Below, one piece after another: positions 38,020 to 51,522 of a stretch of DNA of 64,000 bases. The position numbers and the translations under genes were made by a program. Under the pieces are notes generated by a model, which was given only the letters and a program-made list of their open reading frames with translations, did not search any database and was not told the DNA's origin. Position 1 is the stretch's first letter. Each line of letters opens with the position of its first letter. The stretch is from Octopus sinensis (taxonomy: Eukaryota), in contig NC_043002.1 of the NCBI RefSeq assembly GCF_006345805.1, positions 49,538,001 through 49,602,000 on the forward strand, given 5' to 3'.

Positions 38020-38668
38020 CTGTTGGGGCAAGTGAAATCGGAATCGAAATTGAACCAATCCTATGACTGGCACCCGACAGTTGCCAGTGCTGCTGGACTG
38101 ACTCCTGTGCAGGTGGCAAGTAAAGAAACACCGTTTTGACCCTGTGCTTGAGGAGACCTATTGAGTCAAGTACATCAACATCAAAAGTCAATGGAAATTG
38201 TAGTTGTGATCCCTGTGCCGGTGGCACGCAAAAAGCACCATCTGAACGTGGCGGATGCCAGCGCCGCCTTGACTGGCTCCCATACCGGTGGCACGTAAAA
38301 AGCACCATCTGAACGTGGCGGATGCCAGCTCCGCCTTGACTAGCTCCCATACCGGTGGCACGTAAAAACACCATCCGAACGTGGCCGATGCCAGCGCCGC
38401 CTTTACTGGCTTCTGTGCCAGTGGCATGTAAAAAGCACCAATCCGATCATGGCCGTTGCCAGCCTCGCCTGGCACCTGTGCCAGTGGCACGTAAAAAGCA
38501 CCCACTACACTCACAGAGTGGCTGGCATTAGGAAGAGCATCCAGCTGTAGAAACACTGCCAGATCAGACTGGAGCCTGGGTGCAGCCTTCTGACTTCCCA
38601 GATCCTGGTCGAACCATCTAACCCATGCTAGCATGGAGAACGGACGTTAAATGATGATGATGATGATG
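38020..38668 (+). mobile_element. RTE-tailed composite retroposon with 63-67-bp VNTR
   Basis: GTGGCA(C/T)G(C/T)AAAAA(G)CACC at 38221, 38288, 38355, 38421 and 38484, then the AGGAAG(A/G)GCATCCAGC core and (GAT)n tail. Confidence 0.8.
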
Positions 38669-38824
38669 TGTGTGTGCATTGTCTGCTACGTGCATGCAAG
38701 GTAAACAGAACTTTAGGTAAGTAACTTTACAATATTCCTATTGTTGCTACTTCTAAAGTTGCTTGCCATATGTTCTGCCCTCCTTGTGTGCACTTACCTT
38801 AAGTTAATTATAAGATGATGATGA

Positions 38825-39110
38825 TGATGAAGAGCTTTCAGATGAAACCCAACATCTGGGAAACACAAGCACAACACTGCGCTGCCTGGCAAAGCTGCAC
38901 CAACAGAAGGGCCACCTCCTATGAACAGAACAGGATTGCAGGAGTACAAAAAAAAATGCAAACTGAGCGAATCCAGAGCCAATTCCTTGCCTTCAGTCCC
39001 AAAAGACCACTCATGCCTGACCTCTGGAAGAGCCTTCCAAGCAGATATCAGACTGATTGGCCACAACTGGACACACACCATGCCACATCATTTTCTCCTA
39101 TGTGATGTCC
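38825..39110 (+). pseudogene. RTE (BovB-like) LINE ORF2 3' end, 5'-truncated
   Basis: PNIWETQAQHCAAWQSCTNRRATSYEQNRIAG, then a frameshift to SRANSLPSVPKDHSCLTSGRAFQADIRLIGHNWTH (degenerate C-terminal C2H2 of RTE). Confidence 0.8.
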
Positions 39111-40254
39111 TTGGTCATCATCAACGACAACAGATTAATGAATATGTTGATTATGTATGTCCGAAAGGCACTGACCTAAGTCACCCTCTCTTCCTCTCCC
39201 CTGTTAGCCCTTCACCCAACCTGAGAACCTTATGTTATGTGGGTGAAGATACATGCAGCTCAGTCACCAATTCATATCACACACGCACTCAAGCATGCAC
39301 ATATGCATTTTATGAGGTAAAATAAGGTTAATGTATTCTCTTCCTGACCACAAGAACATGAGTTCATATATTATTAAAGCTAATGAAGTAAAATGAACAT
39401 CAAGACTATTGTGTATCATCGGTTTGCTTATATAAAGGCAATGATCCTCTGTGTGTGTTTGAAAGAGGAGTGTTATTGGGAGCTTTGGTACGCATGTCTG
39501 AAATAGGGTTTACAGGCATGTCTGTGTTGTTCAGAAGCTCACTTTGCAGCCATGCAGTTTCAGGTTCAGTTTGACTGCATGGCACCTTGAGGCAAGTGTT
39601 TCCTACCATAATTCCTGGTTGACCAATGCCTCATGAGTGGATCTTGTAGTTAGAAACTGTATTGAAGTCTGTCGTGCATGCATGCATGCATACATACATA
39701 TTTGTTTTTATTTTTTATTTCGAAGACATCCATCGGTCAGGAATGGCCATGGTATTGCACCTAAAAGGTTCCCCTCTGAGGCTTAAGTCCAGGCAAGGTA
39801 GTTTATGGATGACTAGCATTTCCTCATGCATACCAGCCTCCTTGGATAACACTACCAATGTTATCCAAAGGAAAGGCAAACGCTGATACAGCTTGGCACC
39901 AGTGACATTGCAACTCATTTCTACAGCTGAGTGAAACAACATGAAATGAAGTATTTTGCTCAAGAACACAACACACAACCTTGTCCAGGAATCGGACTCA
40001 CTGCCATATGATTGTGGGCCCAACTCTCTAACCATTGAGTCATACACCTTCACATACATACATATACATATCAAAGTATGTATATGTGCATGTCTTTGCA
40101 TTTGTCCTCCCCACTGCGTGACAACCAGTGTTGTTTTTGTTTGTGTCTCTGTAACTTAGCAGTTCAGCAAAAGGAGACTGATAGAATAAGTACTGGAGTT
40201 GATTTGAAAATTAATATTTGTAAATCTCTCAATGCGAGATATTCAGCAACAGTA

Positions 40255-40643
40255 CTCTAGAGTAAAGATTATTTGCCAACATAACATGGCAGTCCTGGTT
40301 TAGGACGAATGTTGCTGTAATTTAGCCCCAGCAGACATCATCTCCAGCTGGCTATACGACAATATCGAACAGGTAGAGTATTTTGGCTGGATGTGGCTGG
40401 CTTAAATGCTAAAAGGGTTAACACAGTAGTCACATGTCCAATGACGATGATGGTGGTGGTGGTGGTTTTATTGAAAGTGGTATTGTTAATGACTGAGGGG
40501 AAAGGGCAGTTCTTGAAAATATAAGGACACAGATCGTGTCATATAGCCAACTGGAGACAATGTCTCCTGGGGCTAAATTACAGCAACATTCGTCCTAAAC
40601 CAGGACTGCCATATTATGTTGGCAAATAATCTTTACTCTGGAG
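40255..40643. repeat. 107-bp inverted repeat inside a SINE, flanked by 14-bp direct repeat CTGGAGTTGATTTG
   Basis: Arms 40255-40361 and 40537-40643 (7 mismatches); direct repeats at 40193-40206 and 40638-40651. Confidence 0.8.
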
Positions 40644-42147
40644 TTGATTTGTTCAAGTAAACCCTTCAAGCAGTACTCCAGCATGGCTGCAGTCCAATGA
40701 CTGAAACATGTAAAAGATAAAAAACAGAAATACAATCCTCTGTGTGTATGTATGTATGTGTATTTGTGTGTGTGTGTGTGAAGACCTGGTTTTGTTAAGC
40801 TTGTCATTTTGCTCCCTGTACTAAAATGTCAAATCTGTAAAGCTGTGTAAGATCACAAGTCAAAAATGAAGGCGACATCTTCAAAATGTTGATGTCTTTT
40901 ATGTTATGTTGGAGGTTATCCAGCACATCACTGTTGCTAACTGATGGACATTACTCACTCTGATGGATAACTTTGCTTTAAACTTGTACATATTTAAGAA
41001 TACTTGAACTCTTTAGCATTTACATTGTTCTACCCAATTAAATACTTTTTCATTCATGTTGTTTTGACTTAGTTGTACATTATCTTGTACTTTCGAGATT
41101 TTGTTGAGGTAACTGGTTAATTTTTAGAATGACATAGTAGGGTAGGTGTGAGAGGCTGGATACAGCCAGTTTGAACATAAAACAGGTAAAGTATTTTGGC
41201 TGGATGTGGCTGGTTTAAATGCTAAAAGGGTTAACACAGTAGTCACATGTCCAATGACGATGATGGTGGTGGTGGTGGTTTTATTGAAAGTGGTATTGTT
41301 AATGACTGAGGGGACAGGGCAGTTCTTGAAAATATAAGGACACAGATCATGTCATATAGCCAGCTGGAGATGATGTCTCCTGGGGCTAAATTACAGCAAC
41401 ATTCGTCCTAAACCAGGACTGCCATATTATGTTGGCATATAATCTTTACTCTGGAGTTGATTTGTTCAAGTAAACCCTTCAAGCAGTACTCCAGCATGGC
41501 TGCAGTCCAATGACTGAAACATGTAAAAGATAAAAGACAGAAATACAATCCTCTGTGTGTATGTATGTGTATTTGTGTGTGTGTGAAGACCTGGTTTTGT
41601 TAAGCTTGTCATTTTGCTCCCTGTACTAAAATGTCAAATCTGTAAAGCTGTGTAAGATCACAAGTCAAAAATGAAGGCGACATCTTCAAAATGTTGATGT
41701 CTTTTATGTTATGTTGGAGGTTATCCAGCACATCATTGTCGCTAACATTACTCACTCTGATGGATAACTTTGCTTTAAACTTGCACATATTTAAGAATAC
41801 TTGAACTCTTTAGCATTTACATTGTTCTACCCAATTAAATACTTTTTCATTCATGTTGTTTTGACTTAGTTGTACATTATCTTGTACTTTCGAGATTCTG
41901 TTGAGGTAACTGGTTAATTTTTAGAATGACATAGTAGGGTAGGTGTGAGAGGCTGGATACAGCCAGTTTGAACATAAAACAGGTAAAGTATTTTGGCTGG
42001 ATGTGGCTGGTTTAAATGCTAAAAGGGTTAACACAGTAGTCACATGTCCAATGATAATGATAATGATGATGATGGTGGTAGTGGTAGTGGTGGTTTTGTT
42101 GGAAGTGGTGTTGTTAATGATTGAGAAGACAGGGCAGTTCTTGAAAA
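40367..42147 (+). repeat. Tandem duplication of ~800 bp (about 2.2 copies; periods 813 and 797)
   Basis: GGGTTAACACAGTAGTCACATGTCC at 40415, 41228 and 42025; copies differ by substitutions and an 8-bp indel; each unit contains a piggyBac-like MITE. Confidence 0.95.
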
Positions 42148-45100
42148 GTGATGATTGGTAGTGGTGGCCATGTGGCTTATCTTCAGGTCAACCCTTATCA
42201 AACCAGTATATGATCAAGAAATGACTATCATGTCTTTTTTGGCTAATATTCAATATCTTTCTATAGACATAAGCATTATTGTCACAAGTCTTAGGACTCT
42301 AAGGGCAAGTGGCCTTGTTTCTATGGCATATAAATAACCAAAATCACAAAATGCCATTTAAACAGGACATCAATCTGTCTCGAGGTTATTCATTTACAGC
42401 TGAGTGGACTGGGGTAATGGGAAATGGAGACCCCCCTTCAATCATGAATGACCATGGCATTGCACTAAGAAAGTTACCGTCCAACGCACAAGTCCGTGCA
42501 AGATTTTATGGAAGACCAGCAGTCGCCCATGCATACCAGCCTCCCTTCTCCATGCCACTGATGTTACCCAAGGGAAAGGCAAAGGCCAGTACAGCTTGGC
42601 ACCAGTGATGTTGCAATTCATTTCTACAGATGAGTGAACTGGAGCAATGTGAAATGAAGTGTCTTGCTCAAGAACACAACACACAGACCAATCCAGGAAT
42701 CAAACTCATGATTGTGAGCCCAACACTCTAACCACTGAGCTATGTATATAAATGACCAAAGTCACAACATGCCTTCTGAACAGGACGTCAGCTGAGTGGA
42801 CTAGGGCAATATGAAATGAAGTGTTTTTGCTCAAAAATACAACACACTACCAAGAATTGAATCCATGATTTTGCAGTATTGAATGCAACATTAGGCAACA
42901 TGCTTTCACAAGACCTATGTGGGTGAGAAAAAGCAACAAACAAACAATACCATACCTACCCAGTTATCACAATGTAATCCACCTGGTGCTAAAGGATGAC
43001 AACTGTCTTCAGTGAATAAGATACACTTAACTAACTGTATGAATCCTTTATATGGCAATGGATGAGAATGTCTGTAATCCTGGGAGCCATGCTGGGTCCA
43101 CCACAATTCAGATGAATGTAACATTTGCATAACATAGGCAAATGACATATATAGTGACCAGCAAACAAATAAAACAGGCAACACTTTAGAGAGCTTGGGA
43201 AAAAAAATACAACAGATTTCACTGCTATATTGTTGTTTAGCTTCAAGTTAAACCCAATTAACAGAGTAGATCTATGGATCAAAAGGGATCTAACCATGAC
43301 TATTCCAGCTTTTTTTTTTTTTTTCAGGCATAATGTCTTTTATGCTTCATTATCTTATACAGTCTTTGTTATCATTTTTAAGATGGCAGTTATGCGTGAA
43401 GGGATGTATGGCTGCTATTTCTAGCAAGTTGAGATTCTTATTTATTTTCTTGACAATGCCATACTGTCATGAATGATGGTTGGATGGCAAGTTAATGTTG
43501 CAAGAGTGACATAGATGAATGAGATAAGCAACCCTTGAATGAGCAGGCCAAGAATCAGATGTATTCAGATAGAGTAGTATATGTCGGTGACTAAATTTGG
43601 TAAGGTGTCTTTCATTTTTTTCAAAGATGGTAGGGTGTTCAAAAGTTTGGAAACTTACATATTCTTTTTCAGCATCATCATCATTATCATCATCGTCATC
43701 ACATTCATTTTTCAATGCTTACATGCATGGATCAAACAGAATATGTTGAGGCAGATTATCTGTGGCCAGATGCACTTCTTGTTGCCAACCCTCACCTGTT
43801 TTCAAGTAAGGGAATATTTCACCATGAACTGACATGTTTTCATGGATGACTGGAAATGAAGGACACTGCTTGTATGACAGTGATGCTCGTTTAGAACTTA
43901 CATATGAGGTCAAGGCAAGCACACACACTTGGCAAGCTGGCAGAAAGAGTTGGAGTCTAGCCAGCTCCATGTCAAATTTTCCAACCCATGGCAGCATGGG
44001 GAGCAAATGTTAAACGATGATGCTGATACATATACACACGTACATATGATAGTTTTCTTTCAGTGTCTGTCCCACAAATCCACTCGCAAGGTTTTGATCA
44101 GTCCAGGGCTACAGTAGAAGACACTTGCCCAAGATACCATGAAGTGGGACTGAACTTGGAACTATGTGACTGGAAAGCAAACTTCTTACCACATGGCCAC
44201 ACCAGCACCTATGTATTGTTGAAGCCTTAATTGTAACAATGAAATACTCTTCCCAATGATAGCTATCCATTCATTTATAAAGTAAGAGTGGAAGCTCTTT
44301 GTTAGCCAGGCAGACTGAGGTAGTCAAGAAGAGCCATGTAGCATGTAAATGGCTGTGGTAGTAAGGATTGAACTCATGACCATGTGGTTTGTAGTTCAGC
44401 ATCTTAGCATCAGATTTTATATTAAGATAATGATGGTGGGTGGTGGTTGTGGTGGAGGAGGAATGATTGAGGTGGCATTTATAGTAATGATGGTGGAGCA
44501 ATGATTATGATAGCAAAGAAGGTGGTGGAGTGGTGATGGAGCTGAAATGATGATGGTGATAGAGTAATGATGATAGTAATGGCAGTGGTGGTGGTGGTGA
44601 TGAAGGTGAGGCAAAATTAATAGTACAGTTATGGTAACGATGGTGTGGTTACACTTTCAGGAGTGTCGGTAGTAGTAGCGTTGAGATTATGAATATTGGT
44701 TGTTTGTAGTGATGTTGGCAGTAATAGCCAAGTTTTGTTATGTTACAGTGATGGTGGTAGCTCCAAAACTGAAGCTGATGATGGGAGGAAATGATGATGA
44801 TGATGGTGGTGGTAGTGATGAGGATAATGATGTTGGTGGTGGTGGTGGTGGTAGTGGCGGTGATGACAGTAGTGGCAGTGATTTATTTGGTTATAAGTAG
44901 TTGATGATGATAATTAGAGAATAATAGTGATGACGGTATGGCGATGTTGATGATAAGCTAAGAAAGAAGCCGGTGGCGGTGGCGAGGGGAATGGGTAGCG
45001 GACGGGAGTGGGTGGGTGGGAGGGAAGGCATGAAAGAATTTGCACATATTTACTTACACAAAAACTCTAATATTTTGAAACACTGCCTGCGTGTGAGCAA

Positions 45101-45508
45101 TGAGTATGTGTATATGTGTATATATATATATGTATGTGTGTATACATGTAATTTTGTATGTTGCTTAACACATACATATACAAGTACTCCTACATTATTA
45201 CATTGCTAAAAATATCTATATAGGGGGGATCTTGTGTATGCATGAACGTGTATGTGCGTATATGTAATGTATATGAATGTATATGTATGAATGAATGAAT
45301 GATTGACTCCGCATGAGTTGTTTGAGTATATACCTGGGTATGTAGGTATGTATTTAATGTATGTATGGGTGTGTGTGTATGTATGTAAATGTGTAAAAAA
45401 GACTAATTGCACCTACAAATCATATATAGTTGGGAAGATCTTCACAATGTTACAATGACAGAAGTGTATATATGTATGTGTGTATGTATGTATGTGTATG
45501 TATGTATA

Positions 45509-45554
<46 letters not shown>

Positions 45555-46607
45555 CATACATACATAAATACACTCACACAACCAAGAGAGGGTGGAAACA
45601 AAATGTATATATATTTATACACACATATACATATAGATAGATATAAAACCCCAAAATACAGACACATACATAAGCACATTGAATACAACAGTGGTAGCTA
45701 CTAGAATACGCATAACTACACACACACACACACACACAAAAAAAACGTATATATATGCATGCACACACACACACACACACACACACCACACACCTCACCC
45801 AACTTCCACCCTTCCAGCATCTGAAATGTTAGAGTTCTAGAATGTGTAGCAGGCATCAATTAGGGTGTCAAGTGTCTGAAGGGGGTAGATTGGTGGTGGG
45901 GTGGGGTGAGTGGGTTGGAGCTGTATTTGTAGGGAGCAGTAGCATTGAATTGGGGTGTGGAATTACTACTTGTGGAGATGTCGGTGGTGGTGGTGGTGGG
46001 GGTGGTGGAGACTACATAATTGATGCTAGTGATGATGATGATGATGATTGTGGTGGTGAGTATGTATTGTCCTATCTGTGGCTATCTATCTGCTCTGGCA
46101 TTTGGTCGTCATGGTGATGATGGTGGCAGTGATGGTACTGGTGGGTGTTTTCCTCCTTGATTTTTTTTTTTTTTGCTTTTTTATGTTTTTTATTTTATTT
46201 TATTTTTTTTGTTGTTGTTGATGAGGGTGGGTGGATGTTGTTGGTGTCAGAAGTTGTAGCAGCAAGAGGGTGGAGGAGTTTGTGATAGTAACAATAAGGG
46301 CTTGGCGAGTGTTTACTGTTGTTACTCCTGATGGTAGGGGCTGCAGTATATAGTTGCAGGGTGTGTGAAAGCTGTTGTTGTTGGTTGATTTGCTTCAGGT
46401 TAGCTCTCATTAAGCAGACCTGTATATAATCAAAGACAATCCAGTCACAACCATCCCATCCTTTTTTTTTTTTTTTTTGTAGACATCTGTGTATGAGGAA
46501 CTACGTTATCCAAGGTAATCTCCTGTCTTTCTTTTTTTCTTAAATGACAGTAATGTGCAGCTTGAAGAAGATTTGGCTGCTATTTTTACTTGAGCGACCA
46601 CCTAGAT

Positions 46608-46730
46608 CAGTGGTTCTCAACCAGTGTTCATGTCACTACTGCAGATCCATATAAGGGCTCCACACATGCAAAACAGTAAACTGGGGGGTCCACAATGGTA
46701 TTTTAGGAGTTAATGAACAAATTTCGCTTC
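46608..46730. mobile_element. hAT-type element left end (CAGTGGTTCTCAACC); matching right end at 48640-48703
   Basis: TIR-like CAGTGGTTCTCAA / TTGAGAACCTCTG; the putative 8-bp TSD matches only 4/8, so the two ends may be unrelated. Confidence 0.5.
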
Positions 46731-46792
46731 CTGGCTTGCCAGACCTAGTCAAACCATCTTACCCATGCCAACATGGAAAATGTACTCTAAAA

Positions 46793-46829
<37 letters not shown>

Positions 46830-46878
46830 CATTTATTGCAAGAAACAACTAGGTTTCTTTCTCTAACATTTTAACATA

Positions 46879-48003
46879 CAGGGGTTGGACAAAATAATGG
46901 AAACACCAGGCATCTTAGCATCATAATTTTGAAATGTCCATAAAACCGTCAAAAGCTTGTTTATTTTTGTTTTTTGATTTATTATTAGTGTTGCTTAATA
47001 TGTTTTGCTAAAATTGCTGTTTCTTTTCAGATATCATCAGAAAAAGGGAATTAAAATTCATTAAAATGACAGATCTATCAGACTTTCAAAGAGGCCAAAT
47101 TGTTGGTGCTTGTATGACAGGTACTAGCATAATGAAAACAGCTGAAGTATTTGGTGTATCAAGAAGTACTGTCTTGAAAATAATGACAACCTCGAGAAGC
47201 CAATTTCCACAAAAACTGTTGGCCGGGAGCTACAAAAAGCCGGATTTCACGGGAGTGCTGCAATCAGAAAACTACTACTTTCAAAAACAAACGTTGCAAA
47301 GTGTTTAGAGTAGAGTAAAAACCTACAGAATTGGTCCCTAGAGCAGTGGAAGAATGTTATTTTCTCAGACAAGTTATCCTTTACCTTATTTCAGACCACC
47401 AGCTAAGCATACGTATGGAGACAGCCAAAAGAAGCATTTGACTCAGACTGCCTTCTTCCAACTGTTAAGCATGGTGGAGGATCTGTGATGATATGGTGGG
47501 GCTATATCTTGGAAATCTGCCAGCCCAATGGTTTCCCTTCATGGCAGAATTAATAGTCAAGACTATTTAAGCATTTTATCTGATCAAATTCATCCTATGG
47601 TTGCAGTACTGTTTCTGCAGGGAAACACCTTTCAGGATGGTAGTGCACCAATTTACACAGCTAAAGTTGTTACTGAATGGCATGAGGAACATTCTAGTGA
47701 AGTTGAACATCTTATCTGGCCACCACAGTCCCCAGGCCTCAATATTATTGAACATTTAGGGTGCATTTTAGAAAAACAAGCAAGGAGTCGATATCCTCCA
47801 TTATCATCACTACAAGAACTGGAGACTGCTTTAGCTGAAGAATGGACAAAAATTCCTTTGGAAAATAGTCAAACTTCGTACGAGTCCATACCTCATAGTA
47901 TTCAAGCTATAATTACTACCAAAGGCAGTCCTACTCCATATTAAAGTAAATTTTTTTGAAATTTGAAATTTTAAGGTGTTTCCATTATTTTGTCCAACCC
48001 CTA
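46879..48003 (+). mobile_element. Tc1-like DNA transposon, internally deleted, with degenerate transposase
   Basis: TA TSD; 29-bp TIR CAGGGGTTGGACAAAATAATGGAAACACC; HTH MTDLSDFQRGQIVGA...FGVSRSTV; VIFSD, KHGGGSVM, FQDGSAP, WPPQSPGLNIIEH; stops and frameshifts present. Confidence 0.95.
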
Positions 48004-48723
48004 TAGTTCAGCATGTTTCTGGCCATTGAAACATGTACTCTCAGAGATTGCTACTGCAAACCTATATGAGAGGATGGGTGAAAATCAAAATATGAATGTT
48101 GAAAGAAGCATCTATAAAACTAGTTTTTAAACATCAAATGATGTAACAAATTTCTTTTTACATTTTTTTGTCTTTGGTTAGTAAATGCTATTTCCTTTTT
48201 TTTTTGTATCTACCTATAAATCAAAGGAAATGGCTACTATTCCCTTCAAACCTTCCTCCTGTGACCTAGACATCAATGTTTTGAAACTGAACTATTATCC
48301 ATTACGTTTCAGACAAATTCAGTGCTGAGTTGTCAAAGCTGGGATATCATTATAACAAATATTCTGCTCAGTATCACAGATTTGCTTGTCAGTTGCTTGA
48401 CTTTAACCAGTTGAGCATGCTCCTTAGAGGCTGACAATATGTGCATCTCTGATCATGAGCAGAAGTAGTGTGGAAGCATCGTAGCTATGTGTTGAGAGGG
48501 ATTCTTTGAGGTTTGAGTAAATATAAGAAAAGCAAAGTTTGAAGGAAATATTAACCATTTTTCATACTTTCTCAGCGTAAGCAAATAAGATATAACAGTT
48601 GCTACTCAAGGATAAAAATCATGTTACACAGTGTTATGAGAGTTCACAAGAATTAAATAGCAATCAAAGGGGTCCACAAGTAAAAACCATTTGAGAACCT
48701 CTGACCCAACCAGATGCCCTCTC

Positions 48724-48951
48724 ATTGGCTACGTGAATGTTGTTAGTCATTGTAGTGTAGTAGTGGAAGCTACAGCATGCTTTATCTTTGTTACTATGGA
48801 AACATGCTACACATGTTCCTTCCAAGCACTGCTGTAAACAGCAGAAGTTAGCTAGAATGTTGAAACTTAGTGCACATGCACAACAGAGTCCAAGGTCAAT
48901 CTGTGCCAAGTGACTTTACTCTGTGTGCTTTAGCTTCGTTACTATGGCAAC
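48724..48951. promoter_or_regulatory. Candidate RFX (X-box) enhancer module
   Basis: GTTACTATGGAAAC (48790-48803), GTTACTATGGCAAC (48938-48951) and ATTGG (48724-28). Confidence 0.45.
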
Positions 48952-49160
48952 AGTCCGGACCTCGTATATAATATATGTTTACATTTACGTGTGTGAGAGA
49001 AAGGGAGGGAGAAAGGAAATATTACTGTACTTGGAAACAAGTAAGGGTAGGTGACAGAAAGAGCATCCAGTTGTAGAAAATCTGCCTCAATAAATTCTGT
49101 CTGACCCATGCAAGAATAGAAAAATGGATGTTAAAATGATAATGATGATATATGTGTGTG

Positions 49161-49210
<50 letters not shown>

Positions 49211-49280
49211 CAAATCAGTGATGAATGGTGACTTCAAGAATAAAAACAATAAGAGTGAAATGGATGTTCACAATGAATAC

Positions 49281-49498
49281 ATTCTTTTCTACTCTAGGCA
49301 CAAGGCCCGAAATTTTTGGGGAGTGGGGACAGTCGATTAGATCAACCCCAGTATGCAACTGATACTTAATTTCATCAACCCCGAAAGCATGAACGACAAA
49401 GTCGAAATCGGTGGAATTTGAACTCAGAATGTAAAGACAGACGAAATTCCGCTAAGCATTTTGTGCGGCATGCTAACATTTCTGCCATTTCGCTGCCT
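49281..49498 (-). mobile_element. SINE family A variant with 15-bp TSD
   Basis: TSD TGTTCAC(A/G)ATGAATA at about 49265 and 49499; the host repeat is seen uninterrupted (reverse complement) at 52715-52850. Confidence 0.75.
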
Positions 49499-51317
49499 TG
49501 TTCACGATGAATATATTTGCTTGATAACGCAAAAGATGGCGTTTCAAGCCTGGCTTTTTTTTCAGGTGTATATGTGTATTTGTCCCTCACCACCGTGTGA
49601 GAACTGGTGTTGGTTTGTTTACATCTGTGAGGGACCCCTTTGATTCCTGTTTTACTCTACTGGACTTCCAGGGCCATTTGGTATATATATATATATATAT
49701 AAATCCTACTATGTTTTTTTATAATTAAATATTATTACGAACTATATGAATAAAACATTGAAATATTTTGTGTACTGTTGGAGTATAAGCAATTTATTGC
49801 ACTTAAATTTTAACAACAAAATCGTATGGACCCTGGTTTAGAACCTCTGATTTACATCCCTGTAACTTAGTGGCTCAGCAAAAGTGACCAATAGAGTAAG
49901 AACCAGGCTGTAAAAAAAAAAAAGTTTTAGCATCAGTTTGCTAGATTACCTCCACCTCCATCCCTGGGTTAAGGTGGTACCCCAGCATGATCAAGTAAAA
50001 GATAAAAGGTAATGATTTGCTTTAAGTAAGGTTCACCTGCTAATATTATTTAGCAATTCCAGCTAACTACTTAGAGACTGCCTTATATGATTGGGGAAAG
50101 GGGCAGAAAGCACATGGATGTTGGTGTTAGGGGTGTAGCTGAAAGAGTGTGGCTGCGGCGGCGGCAGTGGTAGTGGTGGTGGTGGTGGTGGTGTTGAGGT
50201 CAGTAGGCATAGATTAGATTTCTTACTATAATGGAACTAGAAAAAGGCCAATGTTGACAAGTCTTAAAGGGTTGAAGTCTAGCCAGTACTCTGGTTTATT
50301 TCATGCCCCCACCCCCGCCCCACCCGCTATCAGAGTATGTGTATGCCAAGAGGGTGTGTGTGTGTGTTTGTGTGTAAGGCTGTAAGTATAGTGGATAAAA
50401 TATAAAGTGTAGTGGGCAGGTGAAAAGCAGGTGCCAGCTATGATGGTGATACACCAGCGGTGGCATGGCGGTGGCGGCAGTGGTGGTAGGAAAGTGGGGG
50501 AGGGGTAAAGGTAAATTATATTACAGACAGATAAGTTTGGAGAAGAGATGTCACACCACTAGTTAGATGATTCCTGTTGTAGATAGGGAGGGAGAGGTCC
50601 TGATGAAGGGAGAAGGTAGGTGGCAGGTACTCACTGGGTCTAATTCCAAACTATAACGACAGGTGACAGACAGGAGACAGTTGGCTGAGATAGTGGTGGT
50701 GGTGGTGGTTGTCATGGGGAAGAGGTAGCAAAGACAGCAGAAGAAAGAAATTGATGATAAAAGAAGCTGAGAGAGGAATAAGTGAATAAGAGAGAAATGA
50801 AGGGGCAGAGAAAATTGTCTCCCCACCATTAAAAGCATTGGGTCCTTGATTGGATAGGATCTTTGTGTTGGCCCTTGTATGTTGCATTCCTGGCCAAGCA
50901 AAAAATAAATATCTATAACTGGCTATTAGACTTCAGCAGCCACCCACCTACTCATTACCCCCCACCACACAAACATACACACTGTGAATAAGTTTCTTTC
51001 ATAATTCCAAGTTTGGGCCTTCTTGGGTGAAAAGAACTAAAGAAAGATGATATCATGTGCATTAGGTGTCAACTGTCCCTACACAGATTTGAGGGAGAAA
51101 ATAAAGAAGGAAATTCAAACCGAGAATATAAAGAATGACACTGAAAATAAATAAAGTGCAGGCATGGGTGTGTGGTTATGAAATTTGCTTCCCAACCATA
51201 TGGTCTTGGGTTCAGTCCCACTGTGTGACACCTTAGCAATTTTTGTCTACTTACATCCCTAGGCTGACCAAAGCCTTGTGAGGGGATATGACAGATGGAA
51301 ATTGAAAGAAGCTTGTC

Positions 51318-51363
<46 letters not shown>

Positions 51364-51522
51364 ATATATCTGTAAATAACAATAATATTTCTATAAATGT
51401 AAATCTTATAAGTGATCAGCGTGTATTGACTAAAGAAAATAATCTAATATTAGGGCATATAAGCCCTTGACAGAAAAAAGTAGGTTTAATGTATGCATGG
51501 GACTGGAACCGACACCTATATA

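Noticed and set aside
46608-48703. Single intact hAT element enclosing the Tc1
   Set aside because: The termini are compatible, but the 8-bp flanks match only 4/8.
50596-50660. Hammerhead starting at CTGATGA 50600
   Set aside because: No GAAA after a credible stem II (CAAAC instead).
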